34,590 nucleotides of DNA, from sequence record SRR20825006_2306; one strand, 5' to 3'. The position numbers and the translations under genes are program-made. The notes under the pieces were generated by a model. That model saw nothing but the letters and a program-made list of their open reading frames with translations. It did not search any database and had not been told where the DNA came from. Position 1 is the first letter of the stretch; each line of letters opens with the position of its first letter. This document shows positions 8,705-19,507 of the stretch, in pieces.

Positions 8705-10807
8705 ATGAGACCGGCTTTGCTTGATCCCCTGTTCGCTCCCGTGACCTCACTTTCCGGTATCGGGCCGAAACTTGCCAAAGTGCTTGCCCGCCTGACGGGG
8801 CGGGACGAGGACGACTGCCGCGTTATCGACCTGATTTTTCACACACCACATACGATAATCGATCGTCGCCTCAAGCCGGGCATAGCCTATTTACCCGAAG
8901 GTGCGGTTGTCACCGTTGAGGGGCGAGTCGACCGCCATCAGCCAGCCCCCCAACGCTCCAATGCGCCCTATCGTGTTTATCTCCACGATGACACGGGCGA
9001 ACTGACGTTGACCTTCTTTCATGCCAAGGCCGACTGGCTTCAGCGCGCCCTGCCGGTTGGCGAGAATGTGATTGTCAGTGGCCGGGCCGAATGGTTCAAC
9101 GCTCGCCCGTCCATGGTGCATCCGGATTATATTCTGCCTGCAGACAAGGCCGATACGCTTCCCGATGTTGAGCCGGTGTATCCATTGACAGGTGGTCTTT
9201 CATCGAAAGTGTTGCGCCGTTCAATTGATGCTGCTCTTCAAAGGCTTCCGGCGTTTCCCGAATGGATTGACGCCGAGATCTTAAAACGACAGGGATTTCC
9301 GGCGCTCAAACAGGCGATTTCGCATCTCCATCAGCCGCGTGATGAAACGGATATTGCTCCAGAGGCCCTGTCCCACAGGCGCCTTGCCTATGATGAACTG
9401 CTGGCAGGCCAGCTTTCGCTGGCGCTTGTCAGAAGCCGTATGCGCCGCACCAAAGGCAGACCGGTTCACGCTACCGGACAGTTTTCGTCAAGAGTGCTGA
9501 AAGCGCTGCCCTTTGCGCTGACCGATGGTCAGACACAAGCCATTGATTCGATTTTGGATGATATGAAAAAGGCCGAACGAATGTTGCGCCTGCTTCAGGG
9601 GGATGTTGGTTCCGGAAAAACGATCGTAGGTCTGATGGCGATGCTTGCTGTCGTTGAAGACGGTGGCCAGGCGGTTCTGATGGCGCCAACCGAAATTCTG
9701 GCACGGCAGCATTATGAAGGGATTGTACGGCTTGCCGAAGCGGCGGGCGTGCAGGTTTCACTGTTGACCGGAAAGACCAAAGCCCGTGATCGAAAAACGG
9801 TTGAAAACGATATAGCCAGCGGTGCTGCAAAGATCATTATCGGCACTCACGCATTGTTTCAGGACAATGTTTCTTACGCTGATCTTCGTCTGGTTATCGT
9901 TGATGAACAGCACCGCTTTGGCGTTCATCAACGCCTGCGTCTGAGCGCCAAAGGCGTTTCGCCACATCTTCTGGTCATGACAGCGACACCTATTCCACGC
10001 ACACTGGTTCTGGCAGCCTTCGGTGATATGGACGTGTCAAAACTGACCGAAAAACCGGCGGGGCGCAAACCGATCCAGACCGTGACTATTCCCGGCGAAC
10101 GTATCGGCGATGTCGTTGCGCGTCTGCGCGAGGCACTCGGTCAGGGAAAAAAAGCCTATTGGATCTGCCCTTTGGTGGAAGAGTCCGAAGCCATTGAGCT
10201 TGTTTCCGCCGAACAACGTTTTGAAACACTGGTGGAGGCACTCGGGGCAGAGAATGTCGGCCTGGTGCATGGCCGCATGTCATCGACAGACAAGGAAGCT
10301 GCGATGGAAGCTTTCAAGTTCGGTCAAACACGATTGCTGGTCGCAACCACCGTGGTTGAAGTCGGCGTAGACGTGCCGGATGCATCGATTATCGTGATCG
10401 AACATGCCGAACGTTTCGGGCTGGCGCAATTGCACCAACTGCGCGGGCGAGTGGGCCGCGGAGATGAGGCCTCATCCTGCATTCTGCTTTACAAAGGTCC
10501 GCTTTCGGAAACCGGGAAGGCGCGTCTTTCCGTTCTGCGTGACAGTAATGACGGGTTCCGCATTGCCGAGGAAGACCTGAAACTGCGTGGTGAAGGCGAA
10601 CTTCTGGGAACGCGGCAATCCGGAATTCCGGGGTTTCGCTTTGCCAGTCTTGATAGTCATGCCGATATCCTTGAGATCGCACGCAAGGATGCGGCCTATA
10701 TCGTTACCAAGGACCCGGAGCTTGTCAGTGAACGCGGGCAGGCCTTGCGCACACTGCTTTATCTTTTCCGCCGTGACGAGGCGATTCGGTACTTAAGCGC
10801 CGGATAA
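8705..10807 (+). CDS. recG: ATP-dependent DNA helicase RecG
   Basis: Wedge/OB domain, RLLQGDVGSGKT, DEQHRFG, MTATPIPRTL, QLHQLRGRVGRG, DLKLRGEGELLGTRQSG. Confidence 0.98.
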   Translation: MRPALLDPLFAPVTSLSGIGPKLAKVLARLTGRDEDDCRVIDLIFHTPHTIIDRRLKPGIAYLPEGAVVTVEGRVDRHQPAPQRSNAPYRVYLHDDTGELTLTFFHAKADWLQRALPVGENVIVSGRAEWFNARPSMVHPDYILPADKADTLPDVEPVYPLTGGLSSKVLRRSIDAALQRLPAFPEWIDAEILKRQGFPALKQAISHLHQPRDETDIAPEALSHRRLAYDELLAGQLSLALVRSRMRRTKGRPVHATGQFSSRVLKALPFALTDGQTQAIDSILDDMKKAERMLRLLQGDVGSGKTIVGLMAMLAVVEDGGQAVLMAPTEILARQHYEGIVRLAEAAGVQVSLLTGKTKARDRKTVENDIASGAAKIIIGTHALFQDNVSYADLRLVIVDEQHRFGVHQRLRLSAKGVSPHLLVMTATPIPRTLVLAAFGDMDVSKLTEKPAGRKPIQTVTIPGERIGDVVARLREALGQGKKAYWICPLVEESEAIELVSAEQRFETLVEALGAENVGLVHGRMSSTDKEAAMEAFKFGQTRLLVATTVVEVGVDVPDASIIVIEHAERFGLAQLHQLRGRVGRGDEASSCILLYKGPLSETGKARLSVLRDSNDGFRIAEEDLKLRGEGELLGTRQSGIPGFRFASLDSHADILEIARKDAAYIVTKDPELVSERGQALRTLLYLFRRDEAIRYLSAG

Positions 10808-10812
10808 CGTCC

Positions 10813-11313
10813 CTATATCTCGCCAAAGAATGCGCGATGAAAAGCGACCCGGCCTTCGGGAACATGATCTCCAAAGGGCAATGCCAGGAGGTTTTCCGGC
10901 GGCACACCCTCAAGCGACAACCCCGACTCACTTTGAAAGCCAAAACGATTGTAAAACTTCGGGTCGCCTACAAGCACAACGCCGGCAGCATTGTCATCGC
11001 GCATCAATTCCAGCCCGCCGAGCATGAGTGAGGTGCCGATACCCTGCCGCTGGCGCACCGGCTCCACCGATAGCGGACCAAGACCGAACCATCCGTCCGT
11101 ACCGTCTTCAAAACCGACAGGCGAGAACGCGATATGCCCGACAATTGTGCCATTATCTTCCGCAACCAACGCCAGCGACAAAGCTGCATCCTTGCGCAAT
11201 CGTGTTACGATGAGCGGCTCGCTTCCATCGCTGTAGGGGTGCCCCTGAAAAGCGCGCGCGATCAACAGGTCCACGGCGTCAAAATCGTCGTGTTTTTCGC
11301 GGCGTATCATCAT
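10813..11313 (-). CDS. GNAT family N-acetyltransferase (YhbS-like)
   Basis: LGPLSVEPVRQRQGIG (acetyl-CoA motif A) and VLVGDPKFYNRFGF. Confidence 0.9.
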   Translation of the reverse strand: MMIRREKHDDFDAVDLLIARAFQGHPYSDGSEPLIVTRLRKDAALSLALVAEDNGTIVGHIAFSPVGFEDGTDGWFGLGPLSVEPVRQRQGIGTSLMLGGLELMRDDNAAGVVLVGDPKFYNRFGFQSESGLSLEGVPPENLLALPFGDHVPEGRVAFHRAFFGEI

Positions 11314-11359
11314 GGTGTCTGCTTCTCCGGATCTTGCCCACGATCAGAATTTTTGATGC

Positions 11360-13186
11360 CTATTCGACCGTAACCGCTTTTGCGAGATTGCGTGGCTGAT
11401 CGGCATCCGTTCCCATGAAAACCGCTGTATGATATGCCAGAAGCTGGATCGGCAGCGCAAAAATCATAGGCGTGAGAAACTCCGGCATATCCGGCAAGAC
11501 AATGGTTTCCATCGTCTTGAGTTTTGAGGCTTTGGCTCCGCGTTCATCTGTAATGAAAATGATCCGGCCGTCGCGCGCCGCTACTTCCTGCATATTGGAG
11601 ACTGTTTTTTCAAAAAAACGGTCATACGGGGCGATTACGATCACCGGCATATTCTCGTCGATCAGGGCAATAGGGCCATGCTTCAGTTCGCCTGCTGCAT
11701 AACCTTCCGCATGTATGTATGTGATTTCCTTCAGTTTAAGCGCGCCTTCCAGTGCCAACGGATAGCTGGTGCCGCGCCCCAGATAGAGCACATTGGAAAA
11801 CCGGGAAAGCTCACGTGCCAACCGCTCGATCTGAGGCTGAACCGAATGCAGAACTTCATTCATCAGGCGCGGAACTTCGGAAAGCTGGTGTACAAGCTGC
11901 TTTTCTTCGTCCAGCGGCAATGTTCCACGCTCCCGCCCTGCCCGGAGTGCCAAACATGCCATCAGAGCCAATTGACAGGTAAACGCCTTTGTGGAGGCCA
12001 CCGAGATTTCCGGACCTGCCAGAATCGGGAAAACCGCGTCGGCCTCGCGGGCTATCGTAGAGCCGGTCACATTCACCAGTGCGCCGGTTTTCAAACCATT
12101 TTGCTTACAGTAACGAAGCGAAGCAAGCGTATCTGCCGTTTCACCGGATTGCGAGAGAAACAGAGCCAGTTGGTCATTCGACAGCGGCATTTCGCGATAC
12201 CGGAATTCCGAGGCAACATCGATTTCGACCGGAAGCCGCGCCAAGCGTTCGATCCAGTATTTACCAACCAGGCCCGAAAGATAGGCTGTGCCGCAAGCCG
12301 CGATCGCCAGCCGCGAAACTTTTGAAAAATCGATCCCGTCACCGTCAACCGCGACCCGTCCATGAGCAAAATCACAGTAATGGCCTAGTGTATGTGAAAC
12401 GACTTCGGGTTGATCGAAGATTTCCTTTTCCATAAAGTGACGGTGATTGCCCTTGTCGATCATCATGGACGCCAGTTGCAACGGCTGGCGCGAACGAACG
12501 ACCGGTGCGCCGGAAAAATCGCTGAAATCAACGCTATCCCGTTCCACAATAGCCATATCACCGTCTTCGAGATAAGCGATGCCATCTGCAAAAGGCGCAA
12601 GCGCGATGGCATCAGACCCCACATACATTTCCCCTTGCCCATAACCAACAGCAAGTGGCGGACCGAAGCGGGCGGCATAAAGCGTTTCCGGACGGTCTTC
12701 AAACAGGATGACGAGTGCGAATGCACCGGTTATTTTCTGCAGCATAGCCAGCATGGCATCGCGTGGCGCCATGCCTTCACGACGGTATTTTGCAAGAAGT
12801 TTGGCTACGACTTCGGTATCTGTTTCAGATTCAAAGCCTTCATCGTCTGTCGAAAGTTCGGCCCGCAATTCAGCAAAGTTCTCAATAATTCCGTTATGAA
12901 CGACGGCGACCTTATCGGCGATATGGGGATGCGCATTCGCTTCATTGGGTACGCCATGGGTTGCCCAGCGGGTGTGCGCAATGCCGGTCGTGCCATCGAC
13001 GGGCGAGGTATTCAGAACCTCACGCAGATTATCGAGCTTGCCCTTGGCACGGCGTCGAACAATCTGACCGTTCTCAATGACTGCTATACCAGCAGAATCA
13101 TAGCCACGATATTCAAGCCGTTTCAGTGCATCCACCATACGTTGGCTAACCGCACCCGTTCCAACAATCCCGACAATTCCGCACAT
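11360..13186 (-). CDS. glmS: Glutamine--fructose-6-phosphate aminotransferase
   Basis: N-terminal MCGIVG, LEYRGYDSAG, GIAHTRWATHG, SQSGETADT and C-terminal PRNLAKAVTVE. Confidence 0.98.
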   Translation of the reverse strand: MCGIVGIVGTGAVSQRMVDALKRLEYRGYDSAGIAVIENGQIVRRRAKGKLDNLREVLNTSPVDGTTGIAHTRWATHGVPNEANAHPHIADKVAVVHNGIIENFAELRAELSTDDEGFESETDTEVVAKLLAKYRREGMAPRDAMLAMLQKITGAFALVILFEDRPETLYAARFGPPLAVGYGQGEMYVGSDAIALAPFADGIAYLEDGDMAIVERDSVDFSDFSGAPVVRSRQPLQLASMMIDKGNHRHFMEKEIFDQPEVVSHTLGHYCDFAHGRVAVDGDGIDFSKVSRLAIAACGTAYLSGLVGKYWIERLARLPVEIDVASEFRYREMPLSNDQLALFLSQSGETADTLASLRYCKQNGLKTGALVNVTGSTIAREADAVFPILAGPEISVASTKAFTCQLALMACLALRAGRERGTLPLDEEKQLVHQLSEVPRLMNEVLHSVQPQIERLARELSRFSNVLYLGRGTSYPLALEGALKLKEITYIHAEGYAAGELKHGPIALIDENMPVIVIAPYDRFFEKTVSNMQEVAARDGRIIFITDERGAKASKLKTMETIVLPDMPEFLTPMIFALPIQLLAYHTAVFMGTDADQPRNLAKAVTVE

Positions 13187-13304
13187 ACTTTATAAACGCT
13201 CCATACGTTGAAACCGCTGAAAGCCGTCCCAATCCTTGTTTCAGGTCGTACCGGAAGGAATGCCGGTACTGTTTCCCCGATATTTCACAGCCCCGATGAA
13301 CAGA

Positions 13305-14666
13305 TCATGACTTGCTTTTATTAGCTGCCTTGAATGCCAGGGCCCGTGCACGGATAAACTCGGCCCGTTTTTCTTTTGTTTCCTGACGTGCCCGTCCGAG
13401 GGCCAAAGCATTATCCGGAACGTCCTTTGTAATGACGCTGCCCGACCCGACATAGGATTTGTTTCCGATCGAAACCGGCGCAACCAAGGCGGAATTGGAG
13501 CCGATAAACGCATCTTCTCCGATAACGGTTCTAAACTTGTTAACGCCGTCATAATTGCAGGTGATCGTGCCTGCACCGATATTCGAGCGCGCACCAATTG
13601 TGGCATCTCCAATATAACTCAAGTGATTCACCTTGGCACCGGGACCAATTTCGCCGTTCTTTACCTCACAGAAATTACCGACCTTGGCGCCATCGTGCAG
13701 CGTTGCGCCGGGCCTGAGTCTGGCAAACGGGCCAATTTGGCTTCCTGTTTCCACCGTCGCACCTTCGATATCACAGAAGGCATGGATCGTGACGGCCGAC
13801 GCAATCGTGACACCAAGTCCAAACCGGACATTGGGTTCAATAACCGTATCGGGACCAATTTTCGTATCGTGGGACAGAAAAACTGTTTCGGGCGCGATCA
13901 TGGTTACGCCCGATAACATCAGCTCATACCTGCGACGGTCCTGCCATATACGTTCGAGCTGAGCCAGTTCTGCACGGTTGTTGCACCCCAGCACCTCGTT
14001 TGCATCAGCCATGACAACGCTGGCCTTGCCCCCCTTCGAAAGAGCGACCTCGACGATATCCGTCAGGTAATATTCACCCTTGGCATTGTCGTTGTTGATT
14101 GCATTCAGAAATTCGAGCGCACGCCGGCCGTTGATAGCCATCAGCCCGCTGTTGCAAAGCGTAACGTCGCGTTCATCCTCGGTCGCGTCTTTTTCCTCAC
14201 GAATGGCAGTCAACGCTCCTTCGTGGGTTAAAAGTCGTCCGTATCCCGTCGGATTATCAACCTCAAAACCAATCACCACGACATCATTGCACTCAGCCAG
14301 CACGGCGCGGGCCTTTGACAGGGTTTCCTGTGTGATCAAAGGCGTGTCGCCATATGTCACCAGAAGATCATCATAACCGCGTTCGAGTGCTTGACGGGCG
14401 GCCAGCACGGCATGGGCCGTCCCCAGCCTTTCCGTTTGCCTGAACGTTTCCAGCGAAATGCCCGGAAGTGCGCAGGATTCGGCTACCTGATCGCCATCGC
14501 GCCCAACTACGAGTGCGATCCGGTCCGCGCCGCATCTGGAAACAGCGTCTACGGCATGTGCCGCCATGGGACGACCTGCAACTGTATGCAGCATCTTGGT
14601 TTTCGAGGATCTCATCCGGGTGCCATCGCCCGCGGCTAGTACAATCGCCAATGCGCTGCGTTTCAT
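13305..14666 (-). CDS. glmU: Bifunctional UDP-GlcNAc pyrophosphorylase / glucosamine-1-P acetyltransferase
   Basis: [17 protein letters not shown], hexapeptide repeats, [28 protein letters not shown]. Confidence 0.98.
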   Translation of the reverse strand: MKRSALAIVLAAGDGTRMRSSKTKMLHTVAGRPMAAHAVDAVSRCGADRIALVVGRDGDQVAESCALPGISLETFRQTERLGTAHAVLAARQALERGYDDLLVTYGDTPLITQETLSKARAVLAECNDVVVIGFEVDNPTGYGRLLTHEGALTAIREEKDATEDERDVTLCNSGLMAINGRRALEFLNAINNDNAKGEYYLTDIVEVALSKGGKASVVMADANEVLGCNNRAELAQLERIWQDRRRYELMLSGVTMIAPETVFLSHDTKIGPDTVIEPNVRFGLGVTIASAVTIHAFCDIEGATVETGSQIGPFARLRPGATLHDGAKVGNFCEVKNGEIGPGAKVNHLSYIGDATIGARSNIGAGTITCNYDGVNKFRTVIGEDAFIGSNSALVAPVSIGNKSYVGSGSVITKDVPDNALALGRARQETKEKRAEFIRARALAFKAANKSKS

Positions 14667-14768
14667 GGTGCCTCCAACTGACGTTACGAATGTGCTTTTA
14701 TCTGAATCGTGCCTGAGACCTATTCAAAAATTGTGAATGAATTTCACTCATTCCCCCAGACACAACGT

Positions 14769-14794
14769 AAAAAGGCGCCCCCTGGCGGGGCGCC
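14769..14794 (-). terminator. Intrinsic terminator of the BMP ABC operon
   Basis: GGCGCCCC/GGGGCGCC stem followed by T5 on the minus strand, ~26 bp after the BMP gene stop. Confidence 0.8.
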
Positions 14795-14820
14795 CTCTAA
14801 ATCAGTCGGTGTAACTGATC

Positions 14821-15897
14821 TTATTCAGACTGCGGCAATGTGCCTTCAACGCCTTCAACCAGAACGTCGAGCCCCAGAAGCGTACCATCATCAGCGGTTT
14901 CACCTTCTGCCAGCCACTCTGTACCATCCTGAAGCGTGATCGGGCCGGTAAACGGCTTCAGTTCACCGGATTTGATTTTTGCTTCAGTTTCTTCCGCCAG
15001 TTTCTTCACGTCATCCGGCATGTTTGTGTAGGGTGCCATTGTCAGGATACCATCTTTCAAGCCATCCCAGCTCTGCGCAGACTCCCAAGTGCCGTCCTGA
15101 AGTGCTTTGACACGCTTGATGTAATATGCACCCCACGTATCGATGATCGACGTCAGCTGGGTTTCCGGACCGGCTTCGATCATGTCGGATGCCTGACCGA
15201 ACGCCTTGATACCGCGTTCAGATGCAATCTGCATGGGCGCGGTGGTATCTGTGTGTTGAGCCAGAACATCAACGCCCTGATCAATCAGAGCCTTCGCGGC
15301 ATCAGCTTCACGTCCCGGATCAAACCAGGTATTGGCCCATACAAGCTTGGTTTTGAAATCCGGATTGACCGACTGCGCGCCAAGCTGGAAAGCGTCGACG
15401 CCCATGATCACCTCCGGGATCGGGAAGGATCCGATATAGCCACCAACGCCAGTTTCAGAGATCGACCCGGCGATTACACCGGAAACATAACGGCCTTCAT
15501 AGAAGCGTGCATTATAGGTGGCAACATTGGGCGCAGTCTTGTAACCAGTGGCGTGTTCAAATTTCACATCCGGATACTTAGCGGCAACCTTGAGGGTCGG
15601 CTCCATATAACCAAACGACGTGGTGAAGACGATATCGCAGCCAGAGCGCGCCATTCTTTCGATTGCGCGTTCGGCGTCAGGGCCTTCCGGAACGTTTTCA
15701 ATGTAGGCGGTTTCGACCTCAAGTGTCTTCTCCAATTCCTGCCGCGAAAGGTCATGGGCCTGTGTCCAGCCACCATCGGTTGCCGAGCCTATGTAGACGA
15801 AGCAGGCTTTAATGTCTTCCTGTGCGCTGGCCGTTGTTGAAGCAAGACCGGCAATGAGTGCCGCCGATGCTGCAAGAGCGAATTTAAGCGATTTCAT
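14821..15897 (-). CDS. BMP family ABC transporter substrate-binding protein (purine/nucleoside type)
   Basis: Signal peptide; DGGWTQAHD, FTTSFGY, FEHATGYK, WFDPGREADAAKALIDQG, QHTD. Confidence 0.92.
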   Translation of the reverse strand: MKSLKFALAASAALIAGLASTTASAQEDIKACFVYIGSATDGGWTQAHDLSRQELEKTLEVETAYIENVPEGPDAERAIERMARSGCDIVFTTSFGYMEPTLKVAAKYPDVKFEHATGYKTAPNVATYNARFYEGRYVSGVIAGSISETGVGGYIGSFPIPEVIMGVDAFQLGAQSVNPDFKTKLVWANTWFDPGREADAAKALIDQGVDVLAQHTDTTAPMQIASERGIKAFGQASDMIEAGPETQLTSIIDTWGAYYIKRVKALQDGTWESAQSWDGLKDGILTMAPYTNMPDDVKKLAEETEAKIKSGELKPFTGPITLQDGTEWLAEGETADDGTLLGLDVLVEGVEGTLPQSE

Positions 15898-15937
15898 AGT
15901 TCACCTCTTTCGGTTTGAATTGGCAATAAACACTTTA

Positions 15938-16855
15938 TCAGCGATCCGGCACAAACGGTTTGCCGAGAGCCGCCGGTGTATTGATCAGAGTCATCCTCCG
16001 GTTTTGCGAAATGATGACCAATACCACGATGGTAACGATGTAAGGCAGCGCTGAAAGAAACTGTGACGGAATAGCGATGCCAAATGCCTGTGCATGAAGC
16101 TGGCCGATGGTCACCGCACCGAACAGGTATCCGCCCAGAAGCACACCCCAGGGACGCCATGAGGCAAATACGACAAGCGCCAGTGCAATCCAGCCGCGGC
16201 CTGCGGCCATGTTTTCCACCCACTGCGGCGTGTAGACCAGTGAGAGCTGAGCACCTGCAAGCCCCGCACAGGCCCCGCCAAACATAACGGCCAGATAGCG
16301 AATGCCGATCACATTGATGCCAAGGGCATGGGCAGACGCATGATTGTCTCCCACAGCACGCAGCACGAGGCCCTTGCGGGTTTTGAACAGAAACCAAGAT
16401 GTGCCCGCCACAATGGCAATCGAGAGATAGAAAAAGATATCCTGGTTGAAAAGCAGCGGCCCGATAAACGGTATGTCAGAAAGCACCGGAAGTTCGATCG
16501 AAGGCATTTTGATACCGGCTTTGCCGACATAGCCTTCACCGATCATCGCTGAAAGTCCCTGCCCCAAAATCGTTAGTGCCAGTCCGGTTGCCACCTGATT
16601 GGCAACAAGAGAAAGCGTCAGGAATCCAAAGAGCAATGAAAACAGCGCGCCTGTGACCATGCCGAAGAGCATTCCGATATAAGGCGAACCAGTGGCCTGA
16701 GCGGCGACAAATGCCCCGACAGCCCCCATGACCATCATACCCTCTACGCCGAGATTCAAAACGCCGGCACGCTCGGCGACCAGTTCACCGATAGCGGCCA
16801 GAACCAGTGGCGTAGAAGCGGTAACAACGGTAAGAAGAATGGCCTCGACAATCAT
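15938..16855 (-). CDS. ABC transporter permease (nucleoside type)
   Basis: TPLVLAAIGELVAERAGVLNLGVEGMM, LRAVGDN, AGRGWIALALV; hydrophobic; ATGA overlap with the upstream permease. Confidence 0.92.
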   Translation of the reverse strand: MIVEAILLTVVTASTPLVLAAIGELVAERAGVLNLGVEGMMVMGAVGAFVAAQATGSPYIGMLFGMVTGALFSLLFGFLTLSLVANQVATGLALTILGQGLSAMIGEGYVGKAGIKMPSIELPVLSDIPFIGPLLFNQDIFFYLSIAIVAGTSWFLFKTRKGLVLRAVGDNHASAHALGINVIGIRYLAVMFGGACAGLAGAQLSLVYTPQWVENMAAGRGWIALALVVFASWRPWGVLLGGYLFGAVTIGQLHAQAFGIAIPSQFLSALPYIVTIVVLVIISQNRRMTLINTPAALGKPFVPDR

Positions 16856-17943
16856 GATGCCTGCTCCCCGGCCTTTTGCGCCCGCTCGAATACAAGTCGC
16901 ACTTTATAAAGAATAAGCGTGTCGCAGGAGAGGACGAAGAACAGCAGCATGCCCTGAAAAACCCGTGTAACCTTGTCGGAAACACCAATTGTAAACTGAA
17001 CGCCCTCGCCGCCGATATAAGTTAGTGCCAGCACGAGACCGGCAACAATCGCCCCCAGAGGATTGAGACGTCCCAAAAATGCGACGATGATCGCCGTAAA
17101 TCCATATCCCGGCGAAATGGTTGGCTGAACATAACCGATCGCACCGGAAATCTCACTGATACCGGCAAGCCCTGCCAGACCGCCGGACAGCAGAAAACCA
17201 AACCAGACCATACGCCTTGAGGAAAAACCAGCAAAACGCCCGGCCCGTTTTGACTGACCGATCACATTGACCTCGAACCCCTTCAGGGTGAACCGCATCA
17301 TGAACCAGACGGCAATGGCAGCGATGATCGCCAGTGCAAATCCATAATGCGCGCGACCGGAGGACAACATTTCGGGAAGGATAGCAGCATCCACGAACTC
17401 CCGGGATTGCGGAAAATTAAAGCCATCCGGATTGCGCCATGCGCCGCGCACCAGCCAGTCGAGAAACAGTTGCGCGACATAAACGAGCATCAGCGATGTC
17501 AGGATTTCATTCGTGTTGAAGTAATTCTTCAGAAGTGCCGGAATACCGGCATAGAGCGCGCCGCCTATGGCACCCATCACCAGCATGATCGGCAAAAGCA
17601 ACGGTGACGACCACTCATAGAAGTAAATCGGCACAATGGAACCCACAATTGCACCAACTGTAAACTGCCCCTCTGCACCGATGTTCCAGATATTGGAACG
17701 AAAACAAACAGTCAGACCGATCGCGATCATGATCAGCGGCGCGGCCTTGATCATCAGTTCATGCAGTGACCAGACATCGAACAAAGGTTCAATGAAGAAA
17801 ATATAGAGTGCTTCAAACGGATCTTTTCCCAAGAAGAAGAACATGATTGCACCGAAAATCACGGTTAGCGCAAAAGCAATCACTGGTGATAGAAGTGAAA
17901 ACAGGGGGGAGCGGTCAGCCCGGCGCTCAAGTTCAATGCGCAT
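16852..17943 (-). CDS. ABC transporter permease (nucleoside type)
   Basis: WNIGAEGQ, NEILTSLML, GYGFTAIIVAFLGRLNP. Start placed at ATG 17943 (MRIELERR). Confidence 0.92.
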   Translation of the reverse strand: MRIELERRADRSPLFSLLSPVIAFALTVIFGAIMFFFLGKDPFEALYIFFIEPLFDVWSLHELMIKAAPLIMIAIGLTVCFRSNIWNIGAEGQFTVGAIVGSIVPIYFYEWSSPLLLPIMLVMGAIGGALYAGIPALLKNYFNTNEILTSLMLVYVAQLFLDWLVRGAWRNPDGFNFPQSREFVDAAILPEMLSSGRAHYGFALAIIAAIAVWFMMRFTLKGFEVNVIGQSKRAGRFAGFSSRRMVWFGFLLSGGLAGLAGISEISGAIGYVQPTISPGYGFTAIIVAFLGRLNPLGAIVAGLVLALTYIGGEGVQFTIGVSDKVTRVFQGMLLFFVLSCDTLILYKVRLVFERAQKAGEQAS

Positions 17944-19507
17944 CAACAGCCTCCACATTGCCGGTTTCACCATGGATTCCTCCCATCAGAAGGCCAATCC
18001 GCTCCCGGGTCATGGTTTCGGCTGGGTAGCTGTCCGAAAGCTTCCCCTCGGAAATGACGGCGATACGCGTGGCAATTTCGAAAATTTCGTCAAGATCCTG
18101 ACTGATCACGAGAACAGCTGATCCGTTGCGAGCGAGATCAACCAGCGCCTGTCGAATATGCACTGCAGCACCGGCATCAACGCCCCATGTGGGCTGGTTG
18201 ACGATCATGACCTTTGGCTTTCGATCAAGCTCACGCCCGACAATGAATTTCTGCAGGTTGCCGCCGGAAAGTGAACCTGCTGCGGGATTTTCGCCACTTT
18301 TTCGCACGTCCATAATGTCTGCAATTTGCCCGGTACGGGCACGTGCCACGGCTTTTTTGATGACCCGAATCGGTCCGCCCGCCAAAAACATATCGGCTTC
18401 TGCCTGATTACGAGCGAGAATCAGATTCTCCGATAGTGTCATTCCTGTCACTGCGGCATGACCCTGCCGCTCTTCGGGTACAAACGCTGCGCCAAGTTTG
18501 CGCCGAAAATTGATGCCTTTCACCCCAACCTGAGCACCATCGATCTGGACAACGATATTCTCGCCAACGGGACACTCCCCGGACAGCGCATCGAATAACT
18601 CCGATTGGCCGTTCCCGGCCACGCCGGCGATCGCCAGAACTTCTCCTGCCTTGACCTGCAAATAGATGTCGTCCAGCGCTGTGGCAAAAGGTGATCGCGC
18701 TGGTACGCTCAATCCTTTTGTTTCCAGCAGAACCCTGCCCGCTTCTGCTGCTTCCGGTCGCTTTATTTCAGAAACTTCTCCGCCAACCATCATGCGTGCG
18801 AGCGAAGACGCCGTCTCCTGTCCCGGATCGCAATCACCTGTCACCTTGCCGTGGCGCAGAACAGTTGCCTTATCACAAATGCGCTGCACTTCTTCCAGCC
18901 GGTGCGAGATATAAAGGACGGAACGTCCCTCGTTCTTAAGCTTCGCCAGGGTTTCGAAAAGTCGATCCGCCTCCTGCGGGGTAAGGACCGAGGTTGGCTC
19001 GTCAAGGATGACAAGACTCGGATTTTGAAGCAGCGCGCGTACAATTTCGATACGTTGACGCTCGCCGACTGAAAGATCGGCCACATGAGCGCGTGGATCG
19101 AGCGGTAGCCCGTATTCGACGGAAAGCCGCCGAGCCTCTTCTGCCACCTTGCTCAGCGTAATACCTTGATCCAGCGAAAGCGCGATATTCTCGGCGACGG
19201 TCAGCGCTTCGAACAACGAAAAATGCTGAAACACCATGCCAATGCCGAGCTTACGCGCCGCAGCAGGATCGGCGATATTGCGGGCTTCCCCCTTCCAGAT
19301 GATCTGACCGGCAGAGGGCTCCAGAACGCCAAAGAGCATTTTTACAAGCGTCGATTTTCCGGCGCCGTTTTCACCCAGCAGCGCGTGTATCTCGCCTTTT
19401 CCGATTTCCAGATCGATGTGATTACAAGCGGCGAAGCTGCCAAAATACTTCGTCAGCCCCCGAATTGACAGCAACGCATCGTCATCGCACTCATGCGTTT
19501 CGTTCAC
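17933..19507 (-). CDS. ABC transporter ATP-binding protein with two NBDs (CUT2/nucleoside type)
   Basis: GENGAGKST, LSVGERQ, LDEPT; second domain GVAGNGQ and LSGGNLQK. GTG start with SD GGAGGGG. Confidence 0.94.
   Translation of the reverse strand: MNETHECDDDALLSIRGLTKYFGSFAACNHIDLEIGKGEIHALLGENGAGKSTLVKMLFGVLEPSAGQIIWKGEARNIADPAAARKLGIGMVFQHFSLFEALTVAENIALSLDQGITLSKVAEEARRLSVEYGLPLDPRAHVADLSVGERQRIEIVRALLQNPSLVILDEPTSVLTPQEADRLFETLAKLKNEGRSVLYISHRLEEVQRICDKATVLRHGKVTGDCDPGQETASSLARMMVGGEVSEIKRPEAAEAGRVLLETKGLSVPARSPFATALDDIYLQVKAGEVLAIAGVAGNGQSELFDALSGECPVGENIVVQIDGAQVGVKGINFRRKLGAAFVPEERQGHAAVTGMTLSENLILARNQAEADMFLAGGPIRVIKKAVARARTGQIADIMDVRKSGENPAAGSLSGGNLQKFIVGRELDRKPKVMIVNQPTWGVDAGAAVHIRQALVDLARNGSAVLVISQDLDEIFEIATRIAVISEGKLSDSYPAETMTRERIGLLMGGIHGETGNVEAVDAH

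Noticed and set aside
4794..10807. sdhE sandwiched between mfd and recG as a novel repair system
   Set aside because: This arrangement is conserved and well known in Alphaproteobacteria.
13241..13265. TCAGGTCGTACCGGAAGGAATGCC, superficially like the SRP RNA core (CAGGTCCGGAAGGAAGCAGC)
   Set aside because: Spacing is wrong, AGCAG is missing, and no long enclosing stem is present.
5742..15840. Long antisense ORFs over mfd, glmS and the BMP gene (5742-6488, 11678-12325, 12410-13195, 15253-15840)
   Set aside because: Each lies on the opposite strand of a well-supported gene and has no independent evidence.
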